In this document: piece by piece, positions 1 to 10,652 of the stretch | Numbering within the stretch: the stretch's first letter is position 1 | How the letters are laid out: the number at the start of each line of letters is the position of its first letter | Origin: Escherichia coli | GTDB lineage: Bacteria; Pseudomonadota; Gammaproteobacteria; Enterobacterales; Enterobacteriaceae | Assembly (NCBI RefSeq): GCF_003334815.1 | Contig: NZ_QOWO01000025.1 | Length of the DNA stretch: 64,000 bases | Reading direction: 5' to 3' (one strand) | Made by a program: the position numbers and the translations under genes | The notes under the pieces: model-generated | The model's input: the letters and a program-made list of their open reading frames with translations, nothing else | Databases searched by the model: none | What the model was told of the DNA's origin: nothing

Positions 1-1571
1 GGGAATCGGCACCGGTGATCCGTGAATCCGGCGGCGATTTTGCCTCCGTCACCGGCGGCACGCGTATTCTTTCTGACTGGCTGGTGATTGAGTGTAGCGT
101 TAACCCCGGCGAGACATTTCTGGATCGGATGATCGCGATGGTGGAAGGCGCACAGCGACGCAAAACGCCGAACGAAATTGCCCTGACCATTCTGCTGATT
201 GCCCTGACTATCGTCTTTTTACTGGCAACCGCCACGCTGTGGCCGTTTTCCGCGTGGGGCGGTAATGCAGTCAGCGTAACGGTACTGGTGGCGCTGCTGG
301 TCTGTCTGATCCCAACCACTATTGGCGGCCTGTTGTCAGCGATCGGCGTCGCCGGGATGAGCCGGATGCTAGGCGCGAATGTGATTGCCACCAGCGGACG
401 TGCAGTTGAAGCGGCAGGTGACGTTGACGTTCTGCTACTGGATAAAACCGGCACCATCACACTCGGTAACCGTCAGGCGTCGGAGTTTATCCCCGCGCAG
501 GGCGTGGATGAAAAAACGCTGGCTGACGCCGCACAACTGGCTTCGCTGGCTGATGAAACGCCGGAAGGCCGCAGTATTGTGATCCTCGCCAAGCAGCGTT
601 TTAACCTGCGCGAGCGCGATGTGCAGTCGCTCCATGCCACCTTTGTACCGTTTACTGCGCAAAGCCGGATGAGCGGGATCAACATCGACAACCGCATGAT
701 CCGTAAAGGTTCTGTCGATGCCATTCGTCGCCATGTTGAGGCTAACGGTGGTCACTTCCCTACCGATGTTGATCAAAAAGTCGATCAGGTTGCGCGTCAG
801 GGAGCCACGCCGCTGGTGGTGGTGGAAGGTTCTCGTGTGCTGGGCGTTATTGCGCTGAAAGATATCGTCAAAGGCGGTATTAAAGAGCGCTTCGCCCAGC
901 TGCGCAAAATGGGCATTAAAACGGTGATGATTACCGGCGATAACCGTCTGACTGCCGCCGCGATTGCTGCGGAAGCGGGTGTCGATGATTTTCTCGCCGA
1001 AGCGACACCGGAGGCCAAGCTGGCATTGATCCGTCAGTATCAGGCGGAAGGTCGTTTGGTAGCGATGACCGGCGACGGCACCAACGATGCTCCGGCGCTG
1101 GCGCAGGCAGATGTCGCGGTGGCGATGAACTCCGGCACCCAGGCGGCGAAAGAGGCGGGCAATATGGTCGATCTCGACTCTAACCCGACCAAGTTGATCG
1201 AGGTGGTGCACATTGGCAAACAGATGCTGATGACCCGTGGCTCGCTGACCACCTTCAGCATTGCCAACGATGTGGCGAAATACTTCGCCATTATTCCGGC
1301 GGCATTCGCGGCAACGTATCCGCAGTTAAATGCGCTGAACATCATGTGCCTGCATTCGCCCGACTCCGCAATCCTCAGTGCGGTGATTTTCAACGCCTTG
1401 ATTATCGTCTTTTTGATTCCCCTGGCGTTAAAAGGCGTGAGTTATAAACCGCTTACCGCTTCTGCCATGTTGCGCCGTAACTTATGGATTTACGGTCTGG
1501 GTGGGCTGCTGGTGCCGTTTATCGGTATCAAAGTCATTGATTTACTGCTGACCGTTTGCGGTCTGGTGTGA
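1..1571 (+). CDS. kdpB: K+-transporting P-type ATPase subunit B, 5'-truncated by window edge
   Basis: ORF 15..1571 in frame from window start; P-type ATPase motifs ([22 protein letters not shown]); followed by kdpC/kdpD/kdpE. Confidence 0.93.
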   Translation, partial: ESAPVIRESGGDFASVTGGTRILSDWLVIECSVNPGETFLDRMIAMVEGAQRRKTPNEIALTILLIALTIVFLLATATLWPFSAWGGNAVSVTVLVALLVCLIPTTIGGLLSAIGVAGMSRMLGANVIATSGRAVEAAGDVDVLLLDKTGTITLGNRQASEFIPAQGVDEKTLADAAQLASLADETPEGRSIVILAKQRFNLRERDVQSLHATFVPFTAQSRMSGINIDNRMIRKGSVDAIRRHVEANGGHFPTDVDQKVDQVARQGATPLVVVEGSRVLGVIALKDIVKGGIKERFAQLRKMGIKTVMITGDNRLTAAAIAAEAGVDDFLAEATPEAKLALIRQYQAEGRLVAMTGDGTNDAPALAQADVAVAMNSGTQAAKEAGNMVDLDSNPTKLIEVVHIGKQMLMTRGSLTTFSIANDVAKYFAIIPAAFAATYPQLNALNIMCLHSPDSAILSAVIFNALIIVFLIPLALKGVSYKPLTASAMLRRNLWIYGLGGLLVPFIGIKVIDLLLTVCGLV

Positions 1572-1579
1572 GGTTTACC

Positions 1580-2152
1580 ATGAGTGGATTACGTCCGGCA
1601 TTATCAACATTTATCTTTCTGTTATTGATTACTGGCGGCGTTTACCCGCTGCTGACCACCGTACTGGGGCAATGGTGGTTTCCCTGGCAGGCCAATGGTT
1701 CGTTGATTCGTGAAGGTGATACGGTGCGCGGTTCGGCATTAATCGGGCAGAATTTTACCGGCAACGGCTATTTTCATGGTCGCCCGTCGGCAACGGCAGA
1801 AATGCCCTATAATCCACAGGCTTCTGGCGGGAGCAATCTGGCGGTCAGTAACCCTGAGCTGGATAAACTAATAGCCGCACGCGTTGCTGCATTACGGGCC
1901 GCTAACCCGGATGCCAGCGCGAGCGTTCCGGTTGAACTGGTGACGGCATCGGCAAGCGGGCTGGACAATAATATCACCCCGCAAGCGGCGGCCTGGCAAA
2001 TCCCACGCGTGGCGAAAGCGCGTAATCTCAGCGTTGAACAGCTCACGCAACTGATCGCAAAATACAGCCAACAACCGCTGGTGAAATATATCGGCCAGCC
2101 GGTTGTCAACATTGTTGAACTCAATCTGGCGCTGGATAAACTTGATGAATAA
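1580..2152 (+). CDS. kdpC: K+-transporting ATPase subunit C (190 aa)
   Basis: ORF 1556..2152 trimmed to internal ATG giving [17 protein letters not shown]-terminus; single N-terminal TM; 4-bp overlap with kdpB stop. Confidence 0.9.
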
Positions 2153-4829
2153 CGAACCCTTACGTCCCGACCCCGATCGTCTGCTGGAACAAACTGCCGC
2201 GCCGCATCGGGGGAAGCTGAAAGTTTTCTTCGGTGCCTGTGCAGGCGTCGGGAAGACCTGGGCGATGCTGGCAGAAGCCCAGCGACTGCGGGCGCAAGGG
2301 CTGGATATTGTGGTTGGCGTGGTAGAAACCCACGGGCGAAAAGATACCGCCGCCATGCTGGAAGGGCTGGCTGTTCTGCCGTTAAAACGCCAGGCGTACC
2401 GTGGGCGGCATATCAGCGAGTTTGATCTCGATGCCGCCCTCGCCCGCCGCCCGGCGCTGATCTTAATGGACGAACTGGCGCACAGTAATGCGCCAGGTTC
2501 CCGTCATCCCAAACGCTGGCAGGATATCGAAGAACTGCTGGAAGCTGGCATTGATGTTTTCACTACCGTCAACGTTCAGCATCTGGAAAGTCTGAATGAT
2601 GTGGTCAGCGGCGTCACCGGAATTCAGGTACGGGAAACCGTGCCCGATCCTTTTTTCGATGCCGCCGACGACGTGGTGCTGGTGGACTTGCCCCCGGACG
2701 ATCTGCGCCAGCGGCTGAAAGAAGGCAAAGTCTATATTGCCGGGCAGGCGGAGCGCGCCATTGAACATTTTTTCCGCAAAGGTAATCTGATCGCCCTGCG
2801 CGAACTGGCACTGCGCCGTACTGCCGATCGCGTTGATGAGCAAATGCGCGCCTGGCGGGGGCATCCTGGCGAAGAGAAAGTGTGGCACACGCGCGACGCG
2901 ATCCTTTTATGCATCGGCCATAACACCGGCAGCGAAAAACTGGTCCGCGCAGCGGCGCGGCTGGCGTCACGGCTGGGTAGCGTCTGGCACGCGGTGTATG
3001 TTGAAACCCCTGCCCTGCACCGCTTACCGGAAAAAAAACGTCGGGCAATTCTCAGCGCCTTACGTCTGGCGCAGGAACTGGGCGCGGAGACGGCAACACT
3101 TTCTGATCCAGCGGAAGAGAAAGCGGTAGTGCGTTATGCCCGTGAACATAATCTCGGCAAGATTATTCTCGGTCGCCCGGCCTCGCGCCGCTGGTGGCGT
3201 CGGGAAACGTTTGCTGACCGACTGGCGCGCATCGCCCCCGATCTCGATCAGGTGCTGGTCGCGCTTGATGAACCACCCGCCCGCACGATTAACAACGCGC
3301 CGGATAACCGCTCTTTTAAAGACAAGTGGCGTGTACAAATTCAGGGATGCGTGGTTGCCGCCGCGTTATGCGCCGTTATCACCTTAATTGCCATGCAGTG
3401 GCTGATGGCGTTTGATGCCGCCAACCTGGTGATGCTGTATCTGCTTGGCGTGGTGGTGGTGGCGCTATTTTATGGACGCTGGCCTTCAGTGGTTGCCACC
3501 GTCATTAATGTAGTGAGTTTCGATCTCTTTTTTATCGCCCCACGCGGCACGCTCGCCGTCTCTGATGTGCAATATCTGCTGACCTTCGCGGTGATGTTAA
3601 CCGTCGGGCTGGTGATCGGGAACCTTACTGCTGGCGTGCGTTATCAGGCGCGGGTAGCCCGTTACCGCGAGCAACGCACACGGCACTTATATGAAATGTC
3701 GAAAGCTCTGGCGGTGGGCCGCAGTCCGCAGGATATCGCTGCCACCAGCGAACAATTTATTGCCTCCACGTTTCATGCCCGCAGTCAGGTGTTGTTGCCC
3801 GATGACAACGGTAAATTGCAGCCGTTAACACATCCGCAAGGAATGACGCCGTGGGACGATGCCATCGCGCAGTGGAGTTTTGATAAAGGCCTGCCTGCGG
3901 GCGCGGGCACCGACACGTTACCCGGTGTACCGTACCAGATTTTGCCGCTAAAAAGCGGCGAGAAAACCTACGGGCTGGTGGTGGTGGAGCCGGGGAATCT
4001 GCGCCAGTTGATGATCCCGGAACAGCAGCGCCTGCTGGAGACGTTTACGCTGTTAGTCGCCAATGCCCTTGAGCGGCTGACGCTAACCGCCAGCGAAGAA
4101 CAGGCGCGGATGGCAAGCGAACGTGAACAGATCCGCAACGCCCTGCTGGCGGCGCTTTCGCATGATTTACGCACGCCGCTTACGGTGCTGTTTGGTCAGG
4201 CAGAAATCTTAACGCTCGATCTGGCAAGCGAAGGATCACCCCACGCCCGCCAGGCCAGCGAGATCCGTCAGCATGTGCTGAACACTACCCGACTGGTGAA
4301 TAATCTACTGGATATGGCGCGAATTCAGTCCGGCGGCTTTAATTTGAAGAAAGAGTGGTTAACGCTGGAAGAAGTAGTCGGCAGCGCGCTGCAAATGCTG
4401 GAACCGGGTTTATCGTCGCCCATCAATCTTTCTCTGCCAGAACCGCTGACCTTAATCCACGTTGACGGGCCACTCTTTGAACGGGTGCTGATTAATCTGC
4501 TGGAGAACGCGGTGAAATATGCGGGTGCGCAGGCCGAAATTGGTATCGATGCCCACGTTGAGGGCGAAAATCTACAACTGGATGTCTGGGATAACGGCCC
4601 CGGTCTTCCGCCAGGCCAGGAGCAGACGATATTTGATAAGTTTGCTCGCGGGAATAAAGAGTCGGCAGTACCGGGGGTAGGGCTTGGACTGGCAATTTGT
4701 CGGGCGATAGTGGATGTACACGGGGGCACTATTACCGCGTTCAACCGACCGGAAGGTGGTGCCTGTTTTCGTGTTACACTTCCCCAGCAAACTGCCCCTG
4801 AACTTGAAGAATTTCATGAGGATATGTGA
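2145..4829 (+). CDS. kdpD: Sensor histidine kinase KdpD (894 aa)
   Basis: ORF 2103..4829 trimmed to [16 protein letters not shown] start; N-terminal KdpD domain with Walker A (GACAGVGKT), USP-like region, 4 TM helices, HisKA (SHDLRTPL) and HATPase (GLGLAICR) motifs. Confidence 0.93.
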   Translation: MNNEPLRPDPDRLLEQTAAPHRGKLKVFFGACAGVGKTWAMLAEAQRLRAQGLDIVVGVVETHGRKDTAAMLEGLAVLPLKRQAYRGRHISEFDLDAALARRPALILMDELAHSNAPGSRHPKRWQDIEELLEAGIDVFTTVNVQHLESLNDVVSGVTGIQVRETVPDPFFDAADDVVLVDLPPDDLRQRLKEGKVYIAGQAERAIEHFFRKGNLIALRELALRRTADRVDEQMRAWRGHPGEEKVWHTRDAILLCIGHNTGSEKLVRAAARLASRLGSVWHAVYVETPALHRLPEKKRRAILSALRLAQELGAETATLSDPAEEKAVVRYAREHNLGKIILGRPASRRWWRRETFADRLARIAPDLDQVLVALDEPPARTINNAPDNRSFKDKWRVQIQGCVVAAALCAVITLIAMQWLMAFDAANLVMLYLLGVVVVALFYGRWPSVVATVINVVSFDLFFIAPRGTLAVSDVQYLLTFAVMLTVGLVIGNLTAGVRYQARVARYREQRTRHLYEMSKALAVGRSPQDIAATSEQFIASTFHARSQVLLPDDNGKLQPLTHPQGMTPWDDAIAQWSFDKGLPAGAGTDTLPGVPYQILPLKSGEKTYGLVVVEPGNLRQLMIPEQQRLLETFTLLVANALERLTLTASEEQARMASEREQIRNALLAALSHDLRTPLTVLFGQAEILTLDLASEGSPHARQASEIRQHVLNTTRLVNNLLDMARIQSGGFNLKKEWLTLEEVVGSALQMLEPGLSSPINLSLPEPLTLIHVDGPLFERVLINLLENAVKYAGAQAEIGIDAHVEGENLQLDVWDNGPGLPPGQEQTIFDKFARGNKESAVPGVGLGLAICRAIVDVHGGTITAFNRPEGGACFRVTLPQQTAPELEEFHEDM

Positions 4830-5503
4830 CAAACGTTCTGATTGTTGAAGATGAACAGGCTATTCGTCGCTTTCTGCGCACGGCGCTGGAGGGCGACGGG
4901 ATGCGCGTCTTTGAGGCCGAAACGCTGCAACGCGGCTTGCTGGAAGCGGCAACCCGTAAGCCAGATTTGATTATTCTCGATCTCGGCCTGCCCGATGGTG
5001 ATGGGATTGAGTTTATCCGCGACCTGCGCCAGTGGAGCGCGGTGCCGGTGATTGTGCTTTCCGCACGCAGCGAAGAGAGCGACAAAATCGCCGCGCTGGA
5101 TGCCGGAGCGGATGATTATCTGAGTAAGCCGTTTGGCATTGGCGAATTGCAGGCCCGTCTGCGCGTCGCATTACGCCGCCACTCTGCCACCACCGCGCCC
5201 GATCCGCTGGTAAAATTTTCCGATGTTACCGTCGATTTAGCCGCCCGCGTGATTCACCGGGGTGAGGAAGAGGTGCATCTCACACCAATTGAGTTCCGCC
5301 TGCTGGCGGTGCTGCTCAACAATGCCGGAAAAGTACTCACCCAGCGCCAGCTCCTTAACCAGGTGTGGGGGCCAAACGCGGTCGAACACAGTCACTATTT
5401 GCGTATTTATATGGGACATCTGCGACAAAAACTGGAACAGGATCCCGCCCGCCCACGCCATTTCATTACTGAAACCGGTATTGGCTATCGGTTTATGCTT
5501 TGA
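4826..5503 (+). CDS. kdpE: Response regulator KdpE (OmpR family, 225 aa)
   Basis: [20 protein letters not shown]; receiver domain with conserved Asp (IILDLGLPDGDG) plus winged-helix C-terminus; ATGTGA overlap with kdpD stop. Confidence 0.95.
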   Translation: MTNVLIVEDEQAIRRFLRTALEGDGMRVFEAETLQRGLLEAATRKPDLIILDLGLPDGDGIEFIRDLRQWSAVPVIVLSARSEESDKIAALDAGADDYLSKPFGIGELQARLRVALRRHSATTAPDPLVKFSDVTVDLAARVIHRGEEEVHLTPIEFRLLAVLLNNAGKVLTQRQLLNQVWGPNAVEHSHYLRIYMGHLRQKLEQDPARPRHFITETGIGYRFML

Positions 5504-5736
5504 ATATTAATTTTAATACAGCCTGCCTTTTATTAATTAAAGCCGTAATAATAAATACGGCTTTTTATCTTAAACAACACACAAAAATAACAATTCAATA
5601 TTTTATATTACTGAGTAAAAAGCTCATCATTAAATAAATTAAGATTGATCATTTTTTATTGATCACCTTCACAGTTCAACCGTATTTCCTGGATAGAATA
5701 TCTTCACCTTCATTCACATCAGGAAAGGTAAATTAA

Positions 5737-5841
5737 ATGGAAAATAACAGCCGCACTATGCCCCATATAAGGCGGACAACTCATATTATGAAGTTTGCTC
5801 ATCGCAATAGCTTCGACTTTCACTTCTTCAATGCCCGTTAG
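5737..5841 (+). CDS. speFL: Ornithine-sensing ribosome-arrest leader peptide SpeFL (34 aa)
   Basis: Small ORF MENNSRTMPHIRRTTHIMKFAHRNSFDFHFFNAR in the AT-rich leader about 260 bp upstream of speF; matches the leader peptide as I recall it; not in the supplied ORF track (below length cutoff). Confidence 0.8.
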   Translation: MENNSRTMPHIRRTTHIMKFAHRNSFDFHFFNAR

Positions 5842-6098
5842 TCTACCGACTAAGGGCACTTCAGCGTACAGGTCTTCCTGACTCTCTGTATTACAGGCAT
5901 ATGCCTGTATTCCGCAGTGCTCATTCTCTGTTAACCCTTGTATTATCAGCCACCTGACTGGTAAGGGTTTCTGCATTCTGAAAAAAGCAATCTACCTGAT
6001 TTATTTATCAGCGGGGTAACTTTGCTTTTTTCCGGCACGATCGATTTCTCATTCGAGAAATTGAGGACCTGCTATTACCTAAAATAAAGAGATGAAAA

Positions 6099-8297
6099 AT
6101 GTCAAAATTAAAAATTGCGGTTAGTGATTCTTGCCCGTACTGTTTTACCACGCAGCGAGAATGTATCTACATTAATGAAAGTCGTAATATCGATGTGGCG
6201 GCAATAGTTTTATCGCTCAACGATGTTACATGCGGAAAACTCGATGAAATCGATGCCACGGGTTATGGCATCCCGGTATTTATTGCTACTGAAAATCAAG
6301 AACGTGTACCCGCAGAGTATTTGCCCCGTATTTCGGGTGTCTTTGAGAATTGCGAATCGCGACGAGAATTTTATGGTCGCCAGTTAGAAACCGCTGCCAG
6401 CCATTATGAAACTCAACTGCGCCCACCTTTCTTCCGCGCACTGGTCGATTATGTCAATCAAGGTAACAGCGCGTTTGATTGCCCTGGTCATCAGGGCGGC
6501 GAATTTTTCCGTCGCCATCCGGCGGGGAATCAGTTTGTGGAATACTTTGGTGAGGCGCTGTTCCGTGCCGACTTGTGCAACGCCGACGTAGCGATGGGCG
6601 ATCTGCTGATTCACGAAGGCGCGCCATGCATTGCACAGCAACATGCGGCAAAAGTGTTTAATGCCGATAAAACCTACTTCGTTTTAAATGGCACTTCATC
6701 TTCTAACAAAGTGGTTTTAAACGCCCTGCTAACACCGGGTGATCTGGTGCTGTTTGATCGCAATAACCACAAATCTAACCACCACGGAGCGTTGCTACAG
6801 GCTGGTGCAACACCGGTTTATCTGGAAACGGCACGTAACCCGTATGGCTTTATCGGTGGCATTGATGCGCACTGTTTTGAAGAAAGTTACCTGCGTGAGC
6901 TGATCGCGGAAGTCGCACCGCAGCGGGCAAAAGAGGCTCGTCCTTTCCGCCTCGCTGTGATTCAGTTAGGCACCTACGACGGTACGATTTATAACGCCCG
7001 CCAAGTGGTGGATAAAATTGGTCATCTGTGTGACTACATCCTGTTTGACTCAGCATGGGTCGGCTATGAACAGTTTATTCCGATGATGGCGGACTGTTCG
7101 CCGCTGTTGCTGGATCTTAATGAGAACGATCCGGGTATTCTGGTTACGCAATCTGTGCATAAACAACAGGCTGGTTTTTCTCAGACTTCACAAATTCATA
7201 AAAAAGACAGCCACATCAAAGGGCAACAGCGTTATGTACCGCACAAACGCATGAACAACGCCTTTATGATGCACGCCTCCACCAGCCCGTTCTATCCGCT
7301 GTTTGCCGCACTGGATATCAACGCCAAAATGCATGAAGGTGTCAGCGGTCGTAATATGTGGATGGATTGTGTGGTAAATGGCATTAATGCCCGCAAACTG
7401 ATCCTCGATAACTGTCAGCATATTCGTCCGTTCGTACCTGAACTGGTGGATGGTAAACCCTGGCAGTCGTATGAAACAGCGCAAATTGCGGTTGATCTGC
7501 GCTTCTTCCAGTTTGTACCAGGGGAACACTGGCATTCTTTTGAAGGCTATGCAGAGAATCAATACTTTGTCGATCCATGCAAACTGTTGCTGACAACCCC
7601 AGGTATTGATGCACGTAACGGCGAATATGAAGCGTTCGGTGTACCCGCGACGATTCTTGCTAACTTCCTGCGCGAAAATGGCGTAGTGCCGGAAAAATGC
7701 GATCTTAACTCCATCCTCTTCCTGCTGACTCCGGCAGAAGATATGGCCAAACTTCAGCAACTTGTTGCCCTGCTGGTACGCTTCGAAAAACTGCTTGAGT
7801 CCGACGCGCCATTAGCAGAAGTGCTACCTTCCATCTACAAACAGCATGAAGAGCGCTACGCCGGTTATACCCTGCGTCAGTTGTGTCAGGAAATGCATGA
7901 TTTGTATGCCCGCCACAACGTGAAACAACTGCAAAAAGAGATGTTCCGTAAGGAGCACTTCCCACGCGTCAGCATGAATCCGCAAGAAGCCAACTACGCC
8001 TATTTACGCGGTGAAGTGGAACTGGTTCGTCTGCCGGATGCAGAAGGCCGTATCGCTGCCGAAGGTGCGCTTCCTTATCCTCCGGGTGTGCTGTGTGTTG
8101 TTCCGGGTGAAATCTGGGGTGGTGCTGTTCTGCGTTACTTCAGCGCTCTGGAAGAAGGGATCAACCTGCTGCCAGGTTTTGCACCGGAGCTGCAGGGTGT
8201 CTATATCGAAGAACATGATGGTCGTAAGCAAGTTTGGTGCTATGTCATCAAGCCTCGTGATGCGCAAAGCACCCTGTTGAAAGGGGAAAAATTATGA
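6099..8297 (+). CDS. speF: Inducible ornithine decarboxylase (732 aa)
   Basis: ORF MSKLKIAVSDSCPYCF...; fold-type I PLP decarboxylase (SVHKQQAGFSQTS lysine motif); followed by potE antiporter. Confidence 0.94.
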   Translation: MSKLKIAVSDSCPYCFTTQRECIYINESRNIDVAAIVLSLNDVTCGKLDEIDATGYGIPVFIATENQERVPAEYLPRISGVFENCESRREFYGRQLETAASHYETQLRPPFFRALVDYVNQGNSAFDCPGHQGGEFFRRHPAGNQFVEYFGEALFRADLCNADVAMGDLLIHEGAPCIAQQHAAKVFNADKTYFVLNGTSSSNKVVLNALLTPGDLVLFDRNNHKSNHHGALLQAGATPVYLETARNPYGFIGGIDAHCFEESYLRELIAEVAPQRAKEARPFRLAVIQLGTYDGTIYNARQVVDKIGHLCDYILFDSAWVGYEQFIPMMADCSPLLLDLNENDPGILVTQSVHKQQAGFSQTSQIHKKDSHIKGQQRYVPHKRMNNAFMMHASTSPFYPLFAALDINAKMHEGVSGRNMWMDCVVNGINARKLILDNCQHIRPFVPELVDGKPWQSYETAQIAVDLRFFQFVPGEHWHSFEGYAENQYFVDPCKLLLTTPGIDARNGEYEAFGVPATILANFLRENGVVPEKCDLNSILFLLTPAEDMAKLQQLVALLVRFEKLLESDAPLAEVLPSIYKQHEERYAGYTLRQLCQEMHDLYARHNVKQLQKEMFRKEHFPRVSMNPQEANYAYLRGEVELVRLPDAEGRIAAEGALPYPPGVLCVVPGEIWGGAVLRYFSALEEGINLLPGFAPELQGVYIEEHDGRKQVWCYVIKPRDAQSTLLKGEKL

Positions 8298-9613
8298 GTC
8301 AGGCTAAATCGAACAAAATGGGCGTCGTTCAGTTAACCATACTGACGATGGTCAACATGATGGGCTCCGGTATCATCATGCTGCCGACAAAGCTTGCCGA
8401 AGTCGGGACAATCTCAATTATCTCCTGGCTGGTGACAGCCGTAGGCTCAATGGCACTGGCATGGGCATTCGCAAAATGCGGTATGTTCAGCCGTAAATCA
8501 GGCGGTATGGGCGGTTATGCCGAGTATGCTTTCGGTAAATCCGGTAACTTTATGGCGAACTATACCTACGGCGTCTCACTGCTGATTGCTAACGTCGCGA
8601 TTGCTATTTCGGCGGTTGGTTACGGCACCGAACTGCTCGGCGCGAGTTTGTCGCCAGTGCAGATTGGTCTTGCGACCATCGGGGTGCTGTGGATTTGTAC
8701 CGTGGCTAACTTTGGTGGTGCGCGCATTACCGGGCAAATCAGTAGCATTACCGTGTGGGGGGTCATTATTCCGGTCGTCGGTCTGTGCATTATTGGCTGG
8801 TTCTGGTTTAGCCCGACGCTGTACGTTGATTCCTGGAATCCGCATCATGCACCGTTCTTCAGTGCGGTAGGTTCTTCCATCGCTATGACGCTGTGGGCTT
8901 TTCTTGGTCTGGAGTCTGCGTGTGCGAATACTGATGTAGTGGAAAACCCGGAACGTAATGTGCCAATCGCGGTACTCGGCGGTACGTTAGGTGCGGCGGT
9001 GATTTATATCGTCTCCACCAACGTGATTGCCGGGATTGTGCCAAATATGGAGCTGGCAAATTCAACGGCACCATTTGGTCTGGCCTTCGCGCAGATGTTC
9101 ACGCCGGAAGTGGGTAAAGTCATTATGGCGCTGATGGTGATGTCCTGCTGCGGTTCGCTACTTGGCTGGCAGTTCACCATTGCCCAGGTGTTTAAATCTT
9201 CATCTGATGAAGGCTACTTCCCTAAAATTTTCTCCCGTGTAACCAAAGTGGATGCACCGGTGCAGGGAATGTTGACCATTGTGATTATTCAGAGTGGATT
9301 GGCACTGATGACCATTAGCCCGTCGCTAAACAGTCAGTTCAACGTGCTGGTTAACCTGGCCGTGGTGACCAATATCATTCCGTATATTCTGTCAATGGCG
9401 GCATTAGTCATTATTCAGAAGGTCGCTAATGTGCCCCCCTCAAAAGCGAAAGTTGCAAACTTTGTTGCTTTTGTTGGCGCGATGTATAGCTTTTATGCGC
9501 TGTACTCATCCGGGGAAGAAGCCATGCTGTACGGTTCCATCGTGACCTTCCTTGGTTGGACACTGTATGGTCTGGTATCACCACGCTTTGAACTGAAAAA
9601 TAAACACGGTTAA
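8294..9613 (+). CDS. potE: Putrescine-ornithine antiporter (439 aa)
   Basis: 12-TM APC-family ORF MSQAKSNKMGVVQLTILTMVN; start overlaps speF stop (ATGA). Confidence 0.94.
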   Translation: MSQAKSNKMGVVQLTILTMVNMMGSGIIMLPTKLAEVGTISIISWLVTAVGSMALAWAFAKCGMFSRKSGGMGGYAEYAFGKSGNFMANYTYGVSLLIANVAIAISAVGYGTELLGASLSPVQIGLATIGVLWICTVANFGGARITGQISSITVWGVIIPVVGLCIIGWFWFSPTLYVDSWNPHHAPFFSAVGSSIAMTLWAFLGLESACANTDVVENPERNVPIAVLGGTLGAAVIYIVSTNVIAGIVPNMELANSTAPFGLAFAQMFTPEVGKVIMALMVMSCCGSLLGWQFTIAQVFKSSSDEGYFPKIFSRVTKVDAPVQGMLTIVIIQSGLALMTISPSLNSQFNVLVNLAVVTNIIPYILSMAALVIIQKVANVPPSKAKVANFVAFVGAMYSFYALYSSGEEAMLYGSIVTFLGWTLYGLVSPRFELKNKHG

Positions 9614-9630
9614 TAAAACAAAGTAAAAAA

Positions 9631-9655
9631 GGGCGATTGAATGATCGCCCTTTCT
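9631..9655 (+). terminator. Rho-independent terminator after potE
   Basis: GC hairpin gggcgat..atcgccc followed by T-run. Confidence 0.6.
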
Positions 9656-9704
9656 GTTTGTTGGCAAATAGTTCGTTATTTATGCCGCATCCGGCAGATG
9701 TAGG

Positions 9705-9838
9705 GTCTAAACGCGATCGAACACAGCAACTATTTGCGTAATTATATGGGGCATCTGCGACAAAAACTGGAACAGGATCCGGCCCGGCCTCGCCATTTTA
9801 TTACTGAAACCGGTATTGGGTATCGGTTTATGCTTTGA
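9705..9838 (+). pseudogene. Duplicated 3'-terminal fragment of kdpE (about 130 bp, roughly 90% identical to 5374..5503)
   Basis: Direct nucleotide comparison: aaacgcgatcgaacacagcaactatttgcg... vs kdpE aaacgcggtcgaacacagtcactatttgcg...; same stop codon; translates to ...NAIEHSNYLRNYMGHLRQKLEQDPARPRHFITETGIGYRFML* with no proper start. Confidence 0.8.
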
Positions 9839-9961
9839 AAAAAGTGGCAATGTATGGATAAAGTCATTTTTTATTCAAATATAAGGAACTTAATATTTAA
9901 AAAATGTTCCATACAATTCCTCATCATAAATGACACCGTAGCACACAAGGAGCAAGTAGCG

Positions 9962-10612
9962 ATGCGTGAAATGAATCAGTTAGTAAATACTGAAGATTCA
10001 GCCTGGCCAATAATCCAGAACTGGTTAAAAGACGCCACAAACCATACCGAACTCTTACCGGTTAATAAAGATTTAGCCGAAACCGCACTTTATCAATTAC
10101 AGGTGACAACAAAATCACCGATGGGTGCGCTTGTCTATGGCTCCGGAGGTCTGCTGATTGATAATGGTTGGTTACGCATAGCAGGATCTGGTCACCCCCG
10201 GTTGCCACGAGATCCAGTAAGTTGGACACAACGCCCTGAATTCGCAGGCGTGCGGGCTTTACCCATCGCTGACGATGTCGCAGGGGGAATTTTTGCTCTT
10301 AATGGTGGCGATCTTGGGGAAGATACTGGCTGCGTTTATTATTTTGCGCCAGATACGCTGAATTGGGAAAGTCTGGAAGTTGGATATTCTGAGTTTCTTC
10401 AGTGGGCATTATCCGGTGATTTAGATACCTTCTATGAAAATGTACGATGGCAGCAATGGCGAGAAGACGTAATAAAATTATCGGCAACGGAAGCCTTCAC
10501 GTTCTACCCTTTCTTATGGGTACAAAGTGAAGAAGCAAGAACAAGAAAAGTTATTTCGCTTACTGAACTCTGGGAAATGCAGTATCAAATGAAAGAAACA
10601 TTCACGCAATAA
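9962..10612 (+). CDS. ybfG: Conserved hypothetical protein (YbfG-like)
   Basis: ORF 9854..10612; most likely start at ATG 9962 (MREMNQLVNTE) preceded by AAGGAG RBS; position between potE and ybfP matches K-12 ybfG; symbol from synteny only. Confidence 0.55.
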   Translation: MREMNQLVNTEDSAWPIIQNWLKDATNHTELLPVNKDLAETALYQLQVTTKSPMGALVYGSGGLLIDNGWLRIAGSGHPRLPRDPVSWTQRPEFAGVRALPIADDVAGGIFALNGGDLGEDTGCVYYFAPDTLNWESLEVGYSEFLQWALSGDLDTFYENVRWQQWREDVIKLSATEAFTFYPFLWVQSEEARTRKVISLTELWEMQYQMKETFTQ

Positions 10613-10652
10613 GACATGTTCAGGTCCGGGTTTCATTCCCGGACTCACTATT

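Noticed and set aside
435-1211. 258-aa minus-strand ORF inside kdpB
   Set aside because: Entirely antisense to a well-conserved P-type ATPase gene; Arg/His-rich low-complexity composition typical of antisense frames in GC-rich coding DNA
5719-5976. 85-aa minus-strand ORF in the kdpE-speF spacer
   Set aside because: Completely overlaps the sense-strand SpeFL leader peptide, which accounts for this region; kept only as a comment in the speFL finding
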